Below are positions 42,506 through 52,510 of a stretch of DNA of 64,000 nucleotides, in pieces. The stretch is from a bacterium (GTDB taxonomy: Bacteria > Oederibacteriota > PGYV01 > Palsa-1178). Under the pieces are notes generated by a model that was given only the letters and a program-made list of their open reading frames with translations, made no database searches and had not been told where the DNA came from. The stretch covers positions 1 through 64,000 of the forward strand of contig JBAXIL010000002.1 in assembly GCA_037138355.1 (NCBI GenBank), written 5' to 3'. How positions within the stretch are numbered: the stretch's first letter is position 1; each line of letters begins with the position of its first letter. The translations under genes and the position numbers were made by a program.

Positions 42506-44464
42506 CTATATCCTATCTACTCTTTTTAAATCTCCTTCAATTCTGTTATTGTCACTATTTTTAGATTCATGAAATCTATACACATCATGCATAAGTATAG
42601 TGTCGCCTTCCATGCCAGTTATCTCTGTTATATGTGTTATTTTTCTGCTTCCATCTTTTAACCTTGCTTGCTGAACTATCACATTTATTGCACTTTTTAC
42701 CTGTTCTCTTATGGCTCTTACAGGAAGCTCTACTCCTGACATTAGTACCATAACTTCTATTCTCGACACTGCATCTCGCGGAGTATTAGAATGAATTGTT
42801 GTCATAGACCCATCGTGCCCAGTGTTCATAGCCTGCAACATATCAAGTGTTTCCTCACCACGACATTCGCCTACAACTATTCTATCAGGTCTCATACGCA
42901 AACAATTTTTAACCAAATCCCTTATAGTTACTTCCCCCCTGCCTTCTATATTTGGAGGTCTTGCTTCAAGTCGAATTACATGTTCCTGCAATAATCGAAG
43001 CTCTGCAGAATCCTCAACCGTAATTATACGCTCATCCTTCGGAATAAAAGAAGATAATACATTCAAAAGAGTTGTCTTTCCAGAACCAGTTCCACCAGAT
43101 ATTAAAATGTTCTTCCTTTTTAATACCGCCTCTCTTAGATATTCAACTGCTTCCTGACTGATACTGCCATAATTTACAAGATCCTCTGCTGTTAATTTTT
43201 TTTCAGAAAACTTTCTGATAGTCAGTATAGGTCCATCTAACGAAAGAGGTGGAATAATAGCATTAACTCTCGAACCATCTGACAGTCTGGCATCCACATA
43301 AGGCATGGACTCATCTATCCTACGCCCTAAAGGTAATACTATTCTTTCTATAGTGCGCATTACATTTTCATCATCTGTAAATCTTTTTTCAGAAACAAAT
43401 AACTTTCCAGCTTTTTCAATATATATTTCATTGTGCCCATTTACCATTATCTCGCTTATGCTTGGATCTTTTAGTAATTCTTCTATGGCACCCAAACCTG
43501 TTACTTCATCAAATATTTCCGTCACAAATATTTCCCTCGTATTTCTGTCAATCATTGATGGATTGAGTCTATCAAGTATCTCTCTTATTTTATTTTTAAT
43601 TTCACAAAATATTTTTATTTTTTTGTCTGGGTGAGTAAGTGCATCCTTTTCAAGATTTTTTATGTTTATCTCATCAAATAATAATTTATTTATTGTTTTT
43701 TTCAATCCCGCTTCCACTTCGTATTTCACAGTAAGTATATTATCTTTTGATTGTATTTTGCTTTGTTTTGGACTTATTGTTTGTAATTCCATAATATACA
43801 AGTGTTGTTTCGATGCCCCTTCAAGAAGAATAGCAGCAGTATTCTTGACTACTTTAGTGAATGCATCTTTTCTGTTTTTCAAACAATAAATCTCTCCATT
43901 ATTGGCTGTTTCTTCAACTGCCTTGCAATAAGGAATTACCTCTATAACTTTGATATTATTAAACCCCTGTTGTAAATCGGCAACCGACAACAGCGTATTA
44001 TTGGCTTTATTAATAAGGACATTAACGACAGCGGCAGGATAACGCATTTCGAGAAGTGTCATAGCAGTATGACTTGCATATTTCATATCATAAGGATTTA
44101 ATGCAGCAGGTATTAATATGGTATCAGACATATCAAGCAAAGTTTGAGCTGGAAAGCCTTCAGTATCAATAAGAAGCACATCAAGAAAGCTATAAAAATG
44201 CTCTATTGTGTTTTTCCACCCCGTATCCCAAAATAGATAAAATTTTTCCTTATCAAGCTTATAATTTGTGATATCTACAAAAGATTTGATAGCGTGATCA
44301 TTTTTAGGATTTAAAATTATTTTTGTATCATAAATATGTTCCGCTATTTCAAGAACACCTACTTTAAGTCCGTATTCGTGTGCCATTACAGAAGCAAGAT
44401 TCAGAGCAATAGTAGTTTTACCTGCTCCATTTTTTTTATTTAGCAAGGTAATAATTTTTTTCAT
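42506..44464 (-). CDS. TadA/CpaF pilus ATPase fused to an N-terminal ParA/MinD-like (TadZ/CpaE) domain
   Basis: N-terminal KKNGAGKTT and LLIDT; C-terminal EIMVNG, GSRVNA, GGTGSGKTT, LRMRPDRIVVGECR, GHDGSMTTIH. Confidence 0.88.
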   Translation of the reverse strand: MKKIITLLNKKNGAGKTTIALNLASVMAHEYGLKVGVLEIAEHIYDTKIILNPKNDHAIKSFVDITNYKLDKEKFYLFWDTGWKNTIEHFYSFLDVLLIDTEGFPAQTLLDMSDTILIPAALNPYDMKYASHTAMTLLEMRYPAAVVNVLINKANNTLLSVADLQQGFNNIKVIEVIPYCKAVEETANNGEIYCLKNRKDAFTKVVKNTAAILLEGASKQHLYIMELQTISPKQSKIQSKDNILTVKYEVEAGLKKTINKLLFDEINIKNLEKDALTHPDKKIKIFCEIKNKIREILDRLNPSMIDRNTREIFVTEIFDEVTGLGAIEELLKDPSISEIMVNGHNEIYIEKAGKLFVSEKRFTDDENVMRTIERIVLPLGRRIDESMPYVDARLSDGSRVNAIIPPLSLDGPILTIRKFSEKKLTAEDLVNYGSISQEAVEYLREAVLKRKNILISGGTGSGKTTLLNVLSSFIPKDERIITVEDSAELRLLQEHVIRLEARPPNIEGRGEVTIRDLVKNCLRMRPDRIVVGECRGEETLDMLQAMNTGHDGSMTTIHSNTPRDAVSRIEVMVLMSGVELPVRAIREQVKSAINVIVQQARLKDGSRKITHITEITGMEGDTILMHDVYRFHESKNSDNNRIEGDLKRVDRI

Positions 44465-45456
44465 TCCTCAAAATCCTGACCAACTATCTTTGGAGTAACA
44501 AATATGACGAGCTCTGTTTTTATTTCCGTGTTTGAATTGGATTTGAATAGTTCGCCCAACAGAGGTATGCCTGACAATACCGGCACGCCAGATGAAACCT
44601 TTACCTCTTGGTTCTCAATTAAACCAGCTATTACGACAGTATTATCTGAATCAACATTAATACTTGTTTCAGCCCATCTTGTTTTTATGGCAGGAAATAT
44701 ATTTGTCCCCAAAGTGACTGCATTGGCATAATCAAGATTGCTAACTTCCGCTCTAATCTGCGCTTCTATACTATTTTGCTTAGTGATTTTAGGTTCAACC
44801 TCAAGACTGACACCATATTTTTTCCAAGAAACACTTGCCTGTCCGACTGTAGAAACAGTAACTATAGGTACTTCCCCACCTGATAAAAAACTTGCCTTTC
44901 TTCCATTAGCTGCAAGTAATTTTGGTTTAGCAAGTATCTTGGCATAATTATTTTTTACAAGAAAATCGACTAACAAATTTAGCTTGCCTCTATTAAAGTC
45001 AGTTCCAAACAATTTAATAAGAGGTGGATTTTGTTCTATTGCATTTAATGACGATACAGGCAGACCACTTTCCGGAATTGGACCTGACAACAAAGCAGGC
45101 CAGTTAACTCCGAACTCCGCTCCATTAACATTAGCAATTTCAAGTATTTGCACATTAATTTCGATCATGGAATCAGAGACATTTGAATTTTTAACATTAA
45201 CTATTAATGTTTTCTGTCCATCCGAAGTGGTTATATTTATTACTGAAGTACCTGTTTTTTTTGCTTCGAGGATGATTTCTTCATCTGATAGGATTGTGGC
45301 CATAGCTACTGAATTATTGACAACTTCTATTGACTTTGGTTTATCAATCTTTATTACTCTTGATGTGCCTTCCTTAATAGTAATCTCACGAGAAATAGCA
45401 AAAATAGACTGTAATAATAAAAATGAAAATAAAAATAAATAAATTGATTTTTTCAC
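44461..45456 (-). CDS. Secretin, RcpA/CpaC type
   Basis: Signal peptide; pilus-secretin N-domain (AKKTGTS); LAKPKL, FLSGGEVP, GVPVLSGIPLLGELF, ELVIFVTP. Confidence 0.88.
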   Translation of the reverse strand: MKKSIYLFLFSFLLLQSIFAISREITIKEGTSRVIKIDKPKSIEVVNNSVAMATILSDEEIILEAKKTGTSVINITTSDGQKTLIVNVKNSNVSDSMIEINVQILEIANVNGAEFGVNWPALLSGPIPESGLPVSSLNAIEQNPPLIKLFGTDFNRGKLNLLVDFLVKNNYAKILAKPKLLAANGRKASFLSGGEVPIVTVSTVGQASVSWKKYGVSLEVEPKITKQNSIEAQIRAEVSNLDYANAVTLGTNIFPAIKTRWAETSINVDSDNTVVIAGLIENQEVKVSSGVPVLSGIPLLGELFKSNSNTEIKTELVIFVTPKIVGQDFEE

Positions 45457-45500
45457 GCTCTGCCCCTCTATATTTTATTTTAATGCCCCTATGGTTCGAG

Positions 45501-45529
45501 ATTATATATTATACCTTCCTTACCGTCAA
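45501..45529 (-). promoter_or_regulatory. sigma70 promoter of the secretin-TadA pair
   Basis: TTGACG-17 nt-TATAAT. Confidence 0.7.
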
Positions 45530-45540
45530 CCAAATAATTG

Positions 45541-45569
45541 TTGCCATCAGTAGACTTGTGCGATATATT
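45541..45569 (+). promoter_or_regulatory. Divergent sigma70 promoter, probably giving a leaderless mRNA
   Basis: TTGCCA-17 nt-TATATT, ending 7 nt before the ATG at 45577. Confidence 0.6.
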
Positions 45570-45576
45570 TATTGAT

Positions 45577-46152
45577 ATGGACAAAACTATTTTACGAAAA
45601 AAGTATCGATTACTTAGGGATAAGTTGTCATCTCGACAAATACTTCAGAAAAGTGACGAAATCGCCGCTTGCTTTATTGATGTTTTTTATCCCTTAATAA
45701 AAAAACCTAAAGCTGTAATGATTTATATTTCAACGCAAAGCGAAGTTAGTACATCTGAAATAATTCAATATCTATTACAAAAAAGGATCAAAGTATATGT
45801 TCCTTGCATAGATAACGGTATAATAATTCCCGTTTTATACACAAAAAGTTGTAGTCTTGTTAAAGGTGCTTTTAACATAGAAGAGCCAAAAAAAAAGACA
45901 AAGCTTCCAAGAACAACAAACTTAGATTTAATCATAGCGCCTGGCATTGCTTTTGACAACAAGGGCAATCGCATTGGTTTTGGCAAAGGTTTTTTCGACA
46001 AATTTCTTGCAACGCTCGATACCACATCAATAAAACTTGCACTGGCTTTTGAAACTCAGCTGGTTAAAAAAATAAGTTCCGCAAAGCATGACATGAAAAT
46101 GGATTATATTATTACTGAAAAAAGATTAATTTCTTGTGGTGTCTTTAAATGA
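45577..46152 (+). CDS. 5-formyltetrahydrofolate cyclo-ligase
   Basis: MDKTILRK, SEVST, IEEP, IIAPGIAFD..GNRIGFGKGFFD, HDMKMDYIITE. Confidence 0.92.
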   Translation: MDKTILRKKYRLLRDKLSSRQILQKSDEIAACFIDVFYPLIKKPKAVMIYISTQSEVSTSEIIQYLLQKRIKVYVPCIDNGIIIPVLYTKSCSLVKGAFNIEEPKKKTKLPRTTNLDLIIAPGIAFDNKGNRIGFGKGFFDKFLATLDTTSIKLALAFETQLVKKISSAKHDMKMDYIITEKRLISCGVFK

Positions 46153-46703
46153 AACTATTAAGTTCAAAAACAATATATAAGGGCCTTATTTTCAGGTTGG
46201 ACAAAGATGTCATAATAATCAATAATCGCAAAATCACGAGGGAGATAATACATCATCCTGGTTCAGCATTAATGTTGCCATTATTAGATATTAACAATCA
46301 AACAATCATATTAATTGAGCAATATCGTTATGCCACTGGTGGCAACTTACTTGAGTTTCCTGCTGGAACCATAGATAAACCAGAGTCAGCAAAAAAATGC
46401 GCTGCAAGAGAATTAATCGAAGAAACTGGCTATAAAGCAAAGAGCCTAAAGGAAATAACCAAATTTTTTCTTGCACCTGGAACAATGACCGAAGTCATGC
46501 ACATGTTTTTATGCACTAAGCTTATCAAGAAATCACAAAATCTAATGCCAGATGAAATAATAAAACCACACATAACCTCTCTAAATAAAGCAATAAGTAT
46601 GGTATTTAATGGCAAAATCAGTGATGCAAAAACCATTGCAGGCCTTATGGTATTAAATGAGATTTTCAAAGACAAGAAACTGAAAAACAAGTTTTTAATA
46701 TAA
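46149..46703 (+). CDS. NUDIX hydrolase (ADP-ribose pyrophosphatase-like)
   Basis: REIIHHPG, QYRYA, Nudix box EFPAG...AARELIEETG, DAKT. Confidence 0.9.
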   Translation: MKLLSSKTIYKGLIFRLDKDVIIINNRKITREIIHHPGSALMLPLLDINNQTIILIEQYRYATGGNLLEFPAGTIDKPESAKKCAARELIEETGYKAKSLKEITKFFLAPGTMTEVMHMFLCTKLIKKSQNLMPDEIIKPHITSLNKAISMVFNGKISDAKTIAGLMVLNEIFKDKKLKNKFLI

Positions 46704-46707
46704 AAAC

Positions 46708-47445
46708 CTACAGAAAGAACACCTTGTTTTTCGTCTTTAGTGTTTTTCCCTGCTCATCTATAATACTAATTGTTCCATCTTTATTAACTTTATTTATTGT
46801 TCCTGCTATACGCCTATTATTAATAACAATATTTACTCTTTTTCCATTAAGATTTATTTGTTTATTTACCCACTTACTAATAAGCTGATTTTTCAGTTTT
46901 TTCATTCCAAATAAATAAGAATCAATTTTCTTTATAAGATTAATAAAAAAAGTTTCTTCATTAATTATTTTGCCTAACTGCTTACGAAGTGATGTGACAG
47001 GAAGGTATAAACCCTGTGGCAATTTATTATTTATATTAATTCCTATACCTGTTACTATTCTTCCGTTAAAAAAGTCATTTTCTATCAATATTCCACTTAT
47101 TTTTAGTGAATTCACTAATATATCATTTGGCCATTTTATCAAGGGCTTCAAATCGTATTTGGCGATTGTTTCTGCTAATGCCATAGAGGACAATATAACA
47201 AACATATAAGGGTTTATTATTTTTTTATTTACAACAAAAGAGAACCACAGTCCGCCTTTACCAGATACCCATTTGGCCCCCTGCCTGCCACGCCCAGCAG
47301 TTTGAACTTTAGCTGCAACTATCGTACCAGATGCAAAATCATTTTCCAGAAGATATTTATTTGTAGAATCTATTGTCTTAAAATATATTATCTTATTTAA
47401 TATACGGTTTTTTTTGATAGCGGTGGCTATACTTTCAATCTTCAT
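46708..47445 (-). CDS. birA: Biotin-protein ligase (no N-terminal HTH)
   Basis: DSTN, QTAGRGR, IKWPND, KISGILIE, GIGIN. Confidence 0.93.
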   Translation of the reverse strand: MKIESIATAIKKNRILNKIIYFKTIDSTNKYLLENDFASGTIVAAKVQTAGRGRQGAKWVSGKGGLWFSFVVNKKIINPYMFVILSSMALAETIAKYDLKPLIKWPNDILVNSLKISGILIENDFFNGRIVTGIGININNKLPQGLYLPVTSLRKQLGKIINEETFFINLIKKIDSYLFGMKKLKNQLISKWVNKQINLNGKRVNIVINNRRIAGTINKVNKDGTISIIDEQGKTLKTKNKVFFL

Positions 47446-48296
47446 TTGTGAAGTGTTAAGCTAATGTCTAATGCCTGAGCTGAGTGCGTTATTGCACCCA
47501 ATGAGATATAATCAGGTTTTCTTTTGGCTATTTCTTCAATTGTATCTATATTCACACCGCCGGATATCTCAACTTTGGCATCGCACTTAGTCTCTTTTAA
47601 TCTCAAGAATGCTTTATCTATCATGTCAAGACTCATATTATCCAGCATTATTACATCTGGACTTGCTTTAATAGCTTTTTCAAGGAATTCAAGACTATGA
47701 ACTTCTACTTCTATTTTCATTCCTTTAGGAATAAATCTTCTGCATTCCATGACTGCTTTTTCAATATTGATAAAATCTATATGATTATCTTTTATCAAGA
47801 CCATATCATATAGACCCATTCTATGATTTGATGCGCCCCCTGTTTTCACTGCATACTTTTCAAGGATTCTAAGCATTGGAGTAGTTTTTCTTGTATCAAG
47901 TATGGTAACACCGTAAGGAGTAACTTTTGACTGAAAGCTATTTGCCGAGGTAGCTATTCCTGATAATCTCTGCAAAAGGTTTAAAGCCAAACGCTCCCCC
48001 ATTAAAATAGCTCTTGCAGGACCAGTTATTAATGCAATAATATCACCATTTTTTACTTTAGCTCCATCTTTCTTTTTAAATGATATTTGAACACTTTTAT
48101 CTATCTTCGCAAATACTTTTTTAATTAAAGGTAATCCACATATAACACCTTCTGCTTTTGCCTTAAAAGCACCTTTTAATATAGCCGCTGGCGGTATGAT
48201 TATATCAGTAGTAACATCACCTGCTCCGATGTCTTCTTTGAGAGACATATCAATAAGCTGGTCTATATACTTTTCATTCTTTTTTAAAAGATCCAT
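47442..48296 (-). CDS. nadC: Quinolinate phosphoribosyltransferase
   Basis: ERLALN, DTRKTTP, HRMGL.D...KDNH, IEVEV, IMLDN. Confidence 0.96.
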   Translation of the reverse strand: MDLLKKNEKYIDQLIDMSLKEDIGAGDVTTDIIIPPAAILKGAFKAKAEGVICGLPLIKKVFAKIDKSVQISFKKKDGAKVKNGDIIALITGPARAILMGERLALNLLQRLSGIATSANSFQSKVTPYGVTILDTRKTTPMLRILEKYAVKTGGASNHRMGLYDMVLIKDNHIDFINIEKAVMECRRFIPKGMKIEVEVHSLEFLEKAIKASPDVIMLDNMSLDMIDKAFLRLKETKCDAKVEISGGVNIDTIEEIAKRKPDYISLGAITHSAQALDISLTLHK

Positions 48297-48306
48297 ATCA
48301 TCTCCG

Positions 48307-50961
48307 TTATTTTTTTAAATCGTTTATTAAATCCATAAGTACTTTAATATCCGCTTCATAACCTTCAAGTTTAGCCTTTTCTTCATCCAAAGTTTTCTTC
48401 ATAGCATTATTTACAAAATTCGGATTATTAAGTTTATTTTTTACGCCAATTATTCCTTTTTCTATGTCAGCCACTTTCTTTTCTTTATTTGTTATTACCT
48501 TTTGTTTGTCTTTAATAGCAGTTGTATTTATTCCAGCCTTACCTATTACTCTATTACCAACTACTGTAACTGGTCGTACTACCCTATTTGCACCAATTTC
48601 AGTTGTAAACTCTGTAACTTTAGCCAACATTTTAATTATATCAGCAAACTTAAGCGTCAAATCTGCCCTTTTATCTTCCATGACAACATACGCTTCAACC
48701 TTATCAGCTGGTGATATTTCAAGATCTCCACGCAACTGCCTTATTCTGTAAATCAAGCTCATCATATCATCCATTTCATTTAATTCATCCGCTGGGAAGT
48801 TGAAGCTTTTATTATATTCAGGCCAAGTTTCAAGCATTATAGATTCTTTTTTATTACTCATTGGTAAGTTCATATATATTTCTTCAGTCACAAAAGGTAC
48901 TACTGGATGAAGCATTACTAAACAATCTCTTAAAACTTTCAGTAAGACATTTTTTACTATATTTTTGTATTCTGAATCTTCCTTTAGAAGTTCTATTTTA
49001 GACATTTCTATATACCAATCGCAAAAGTCATGCCAAAAAAAGTCATATATAAGTGCTGCCGTTTCAGAGAACTTATACTTATCTAAATTTTCACTTAATT
49101 TTTTTGAAAGCGAATTTACGCCTGAAAGTATCCACTTTTCAGGTAATTTCATAGATGCCGTATATTTTGCAAGATCAACCTCTTTTATACCGCTCAAATT
49201 TGAAATAGTATATTTTGAGGCATTAAATATTTTATTCATAAAGCCAGCATATCCTTTTGTTCTCTCTTCTGTAAAAGCAATATATCTTGACTGCGTTTCT
49301 AAAGACACCATAGTAAAACGCAGAGCATCTGCAGAATATGTTTTGATAATATCAAGTGGATCAATTACATTTCCTTTTGACTTGCTCATTTTTTTGCCTT
49401 CAGAATCTCCAACGAGCGAGTTAATTGCCACTTCATAAAACGGCGGTTTCCCCATGAACTTGAGTCCCAACATTATCATTCTTGCTACCCAAAAGAAAAG
49501 AATATCCCAACCAGTAACTAAAACTGATGTAGGATAAAAGACTGCAAGATCTTGAGTTTTTTCCGGCCAACCAAGAGTTGAGAATGGCCATAAACCCGAA
49601 GAAAACCAAGTATCTAAGACATCTTTATCTTGTTTGATATTAAGACTCGAACATTTTTCACATTTTTGTGGGGTGGTCTTTGAAACTGTAATGTGCTTAC
49701 AGTCATCACAATACCAAGCAGGTATCCTGTGGCCCCACCACAATTGGCGAGAAATACACCAGTCTTTTATATTATTCATCCATTCAAAATATACTTTTTT
49801 CCAGTGATCCGGCGTAAATACTACTGTACCATCTTCAACTGCTCTTATTGCTGGTTCTGCAAGTGGCTTGATTCTAACGAACCATTGAGCTGATATATAT
49901 GGCTCCACGATAGTTTCACATCTGTAACAATGACCTACTGCATGTTTGTGATCTTCAATTTTAACCAAGTAACCCTGTTCTTTTAATGTTTCAACTATTT
50001 GTTTTCTTGCTTCAAACCTATCTAAGCCACTATACTTACCATTTTCTCCAGCTTTTTCATTCATTTTTCCGTTCTCGTGCATTACATTTATTATTGGAAG
50101 CTTATGTCTTACGCCCACCTCAAAGTCATTTGGGTCGTGAGCAGGAGTTATCTTAACTGCCCCTGTTCCAAACTCTTTGTCCACATAAGTATCTTTTATG
50201 ATAGGTATCTGTCTTCCAGTTTCTGGAAGAATTAACATAGTACCTTCTTTAATATGTTTATAACGCTCATCAGTAGGATTGACCGCAACCGCCGTGTCCC
50301 CAAGCATGGTTTCAGGTCTTGTCGTGGCCACTTCTATAAAACCTGAACCATCAGCATAAGGATACTTTATATGATAAAAATGTCCCGCTATGTCCTTGTG
50401 TGTGACTTCAATATCAGAAATTGCAGTTAAACATCTCGGACACCAGTTGACAATATAGTCGCCTCTGTATATGAGTCCCTCATTATAAAGCCGCACAAAA
50501 ACTTCTTTGACTGCTTCCGAAAGACCCGCATCCATAGTGAAGCGTTCCCTGCTCCAATCGCAAGACGAACCCAATTTTCTAAGCTGTCTCATAATAGTTG
50601 TTCCGTATTTTTCTTTCCACTCCCAAATCCGTTTCAAGAACTCTTCGCGACCTAAATCCGCTTTTTTCTTTCCTTCTTTTTTGAGCTCTCTTTCCACAAC
50701 ATTTTGGGTTGCAATTCCAGCATGATCACAACCTGGTAACCAGAGCACATTGAAACCTTTTGCTCTTTTATAACGAGCTATGACATCCTGAAGAGTGTTG
50801 TTTAAAGCATGTCCCATATGTAAAGAACCTGTTACATTAGGTGGGGGTATAACTATTGAAAATGGAGGTTTAGAGGATGTATTATCTGCTTTAAAATATC
50901 CCTTTTCGCTCCAATATGTGTACCACTTATCTTCTATTTCAGAAGGTATATATTTATCCAA
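48307..50961 (-). CDS. valS: Valyl-tRNA synthetase (TTG start)
   Basis: PPPNVTGSLHMGH, DWCISRQLWWGH, KMSKS, C-terminal coiled coil. Confidence 0.98.
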   Translation of the reverse strand: MDKYIPSEIEDKWYTYWSEKGYFKADNTSSKPPFSIVIPPPNVTGSLHMGHALNNTLQDVIARYKRAKGFNVLWLPGCDHAGIATQNVVERELKKEGKKKADLGREEFLKRIWEWKEKYGTTIMRQLRKLGSSCDWSRERFTMDAGLSEAVKEVFVRLYNEGLIYRGDYIVNWCPRCLTAISDIEVTHKDIAGHFYHIKYPYADGSGFIEVATTRPETMLGDTAVAVNPTDERYKHIKEGTMLILPETGRQIPIIKDTYVDKEFGTGAVKITPAHDPNDFEVGVRHKLPIINVMHENGKMNEKAGENGKYSGLDRFEARKQIVETLKEQGYLVKIEDHKHAVGHCYRCETIVEPYISAQWFVRIKPLAEPAIRAVEDGTVVFTPDHWKKVYFEWMNNIKDWCISRQLWWGHRIPAWYCDDCKHITVSKTTPQKCEKCSSLNIKQDKDVLDTWFSSGLWPFSTLGWPEKTQDLAVFYPTSVLVTGWDILFFWVARMIMLGLKFMGKPPFYEVAINSLVGDSEGKKMSKSKGNVIDPLDIIKTYSADALRFTMVSLETQSRYIAFTEERTKGYAGFMNKIFNASKYTISNLSGIKEVDLAKYTASMKLPEKWILSGVNSLSKKLSENLDKYKFSETAALIYDFFWHDFCDWYIEMSKIELLKEDSEYKNIVKNVLLKVLRDCLVMLHPVVPFVTEEIYMNLPMSNKKESIMLETWPEYNKSFNFPADELNEMDDMMSLIYRIRQLRGDLEISPADKVEAYVVMEDKRADLTLKFADIIKMLAKVTEFTTEIGANRVVRPVTVVGNRVIGKAGINTTAIKDKQKVITNKEKKVADIEKGIIGVKNKLNNPNFVNNAMKKTLDEEKAKLEGYEADIKVLMDLINDLKK

Positions 50962-51116
50962 AATTAATCCTCCATAAATAATAAAATTCTATACAATTTA
51001 TCACTATTAACCTTCTTTGTCAAAAATTACTTTAGCAAAAACATCAAAACAAGCTAACCACTTGGAAGTTTTAAACAGATATAACAAGTGACTTTTTGCT
51101 TTTAATTCGATTTATT

Positions 51117-51749
51117 TTATTTATAATTAGACAAGTCCATATCTGCGGTCATTATAGATTTAATACTAATATGTCCAGCAAGCGATTCTTTTTCCATACC
51201 ATTTATCACAAACTTAACACCATTAACCCAAGGGAAATTATATGAAACTGTATTAATAATAGTATATATAGCCTCGTATTCTCCAGTCGTTCCACCTTTG
51301 CAATTTGCTGAATATTCAGCAGACATATCAAGATAAAGAATACTATTGGCATCAAGATAAGCATCTTTTAGGGTCGTTCCTTGAGGCAATAGATTTACAG
51401 TGTCGTTATTTTTTGGCCCGTCTGTCAAAAGTATTAAAAGCTGTTTGATTCTGTTAATCTGGAGTACAGAATTGAATATAATTGCTGGAACTGTTTTAAA
51501 ACCTTCAGTCTTTGGATTTCCAAAAAATAATAATACAGTTTGTTTAGCATCGCCCTGAGAATATAGCTGATAACTTGCCACAAGACTCTGGGTTGTTTTC
51601 TTTCCGAAATTACTAACAATAACAAACAAAACAATCAAACATAAAACGATTATACCTAAAGCCACTAATTGCCCCGGCTTAAACAAAGTCAGTATTTTTT
51701 TTAATATATTATTTTCCACTGGCGGTTGTATAGGAGTATTTTCGCTCAT
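51117..51749 (-). CDS. Membrane-anchored GerMN-domain protein
   Basis: One TM segment; LTDGP, LPQGT.L, YLDMS, IYTIINT, V.FVING, LAGHI; ATGA overlap with the amidase. Confidence 0.8.
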   Translation of the reverse strand: MSENTPIQPPVENNILKKILTLFKPGQLVALGIIVLCLIVLFVIVSNFGKKTTQSLVASYQLYSQGDAKQTVLLFFGNPKTEGFKTVPAIIFNSVLQINRIKQLLILLTDGPKNNDTVNLLPQGTTLKDAYLDANSILYLDMSAEYSANCKGGTTGEYEAIYTIINTVSYNFPWVNGVKFVINGMEKESLAGHISIKSIMTADMDLSNYK

Positions 51750-52510
51750 TTTATATCCTTGAGAAAATAGCATACCGCTTCTTTAATATGGTAAGCCATA
51801 GTATTTATTGACTTGTCATCTTTCAGATAGGAGTCATCACTTGCATTATTTATATTTCCAAGTTCTATTACCACTGCAGGCATATCTACACCCTCTAAAG
51901 AAATCAGTGCTGCACTCTTTTCTTTTCTGTATTTACTTAAAACAAGACTGTCTCTTACCGTATTGCCTGTTTCACCTGTCTCTTGAATTAACTGAGCCTG
52001 CATATACTGCCCTATATCTGTCGCCAGTCGTATGCTTTCATTTATGTGATAAAGCTGAACTTTAGTCCAATCAATTATATCAGTCTTATCTTTATTTGAA
52101 GCCACATCAGTCCCAACACTGTAATACACTTCATAGCCCTCGGTGTTTGGATTGGCCGAATAATCACTGTGTATAGAAATATACAACTGCCCTTTTTTAT
52201 TATTAGCAAATCCTGCACGATCTACTGGAGTACTAAATGAATCATTTTCCCTCGTAAGAAAAACAGTAATTCCTGAACCTTGTGTTTCAAGTTTGTCTTT
52301 CAATATTTTAGCAACTTTAAGATTAATATCTTTTTCCAAAAGACCATGACTATTTACTCCTAAGTCATTGCCTCCATGTGCTGGATCGATTACTACGACA
52401 TGAGTTATATTTTGGGTAATATCAACAACTGGAGGTACCGTACTTTGTTCTCCATATACCCAAAATGACAAAACTAATAATAGAGCTATAAACAGGGGGG
52501 ACTTAAACAT
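51746..52510 (-). CDS. N-acetylmuramoyl-L-alanine amidase (Amidase_3)
   Basis: VVIDPAHGG, EKDINL, LTR, ISIH, PAVVIELG; signal or TM segment at the N-terminus; start approximate. Confidence 0.9.
   Translation of the reverse strand: MFKSPLFIALLLVLSFWVYGEQSTVPPVVDITQNITHVVVIDPAHGGNDLGVNSHGLLEKDINLKVAKILKDKLETQGSGITVFLTRENDSFSTPVDRAGFANNKKGQLYISIHSDYSANPNTEGYEVYYSVGTDVASNKDKTDIIDWTKVQLYHINESIRLATDIGQYMQAQLIQETGETGNTVRDSLVLSKYRKEKSAALISLEGVDMPAVVIELGNINNASDDSYLKDDKSINTMAYHIKEAVCYFLKDIK

Noticed and set aside
45457..45576. 6S RNA upstream of the 5-formyl-THF cyclo-ligase (ssrS-ygfA synteny)
   Set aside because: The spacer is only 120 nt and is filled by two divergent promoters.
50962..51116. T-box riboswitch upstream of valS (also sought upstream of ilvD)
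   Set aside because: No AGGGTGGNACCGCG-like T-box motif; a TTGACA-17-TAAATT promoter (51023-50995) leaves only a ~30-nt leader.
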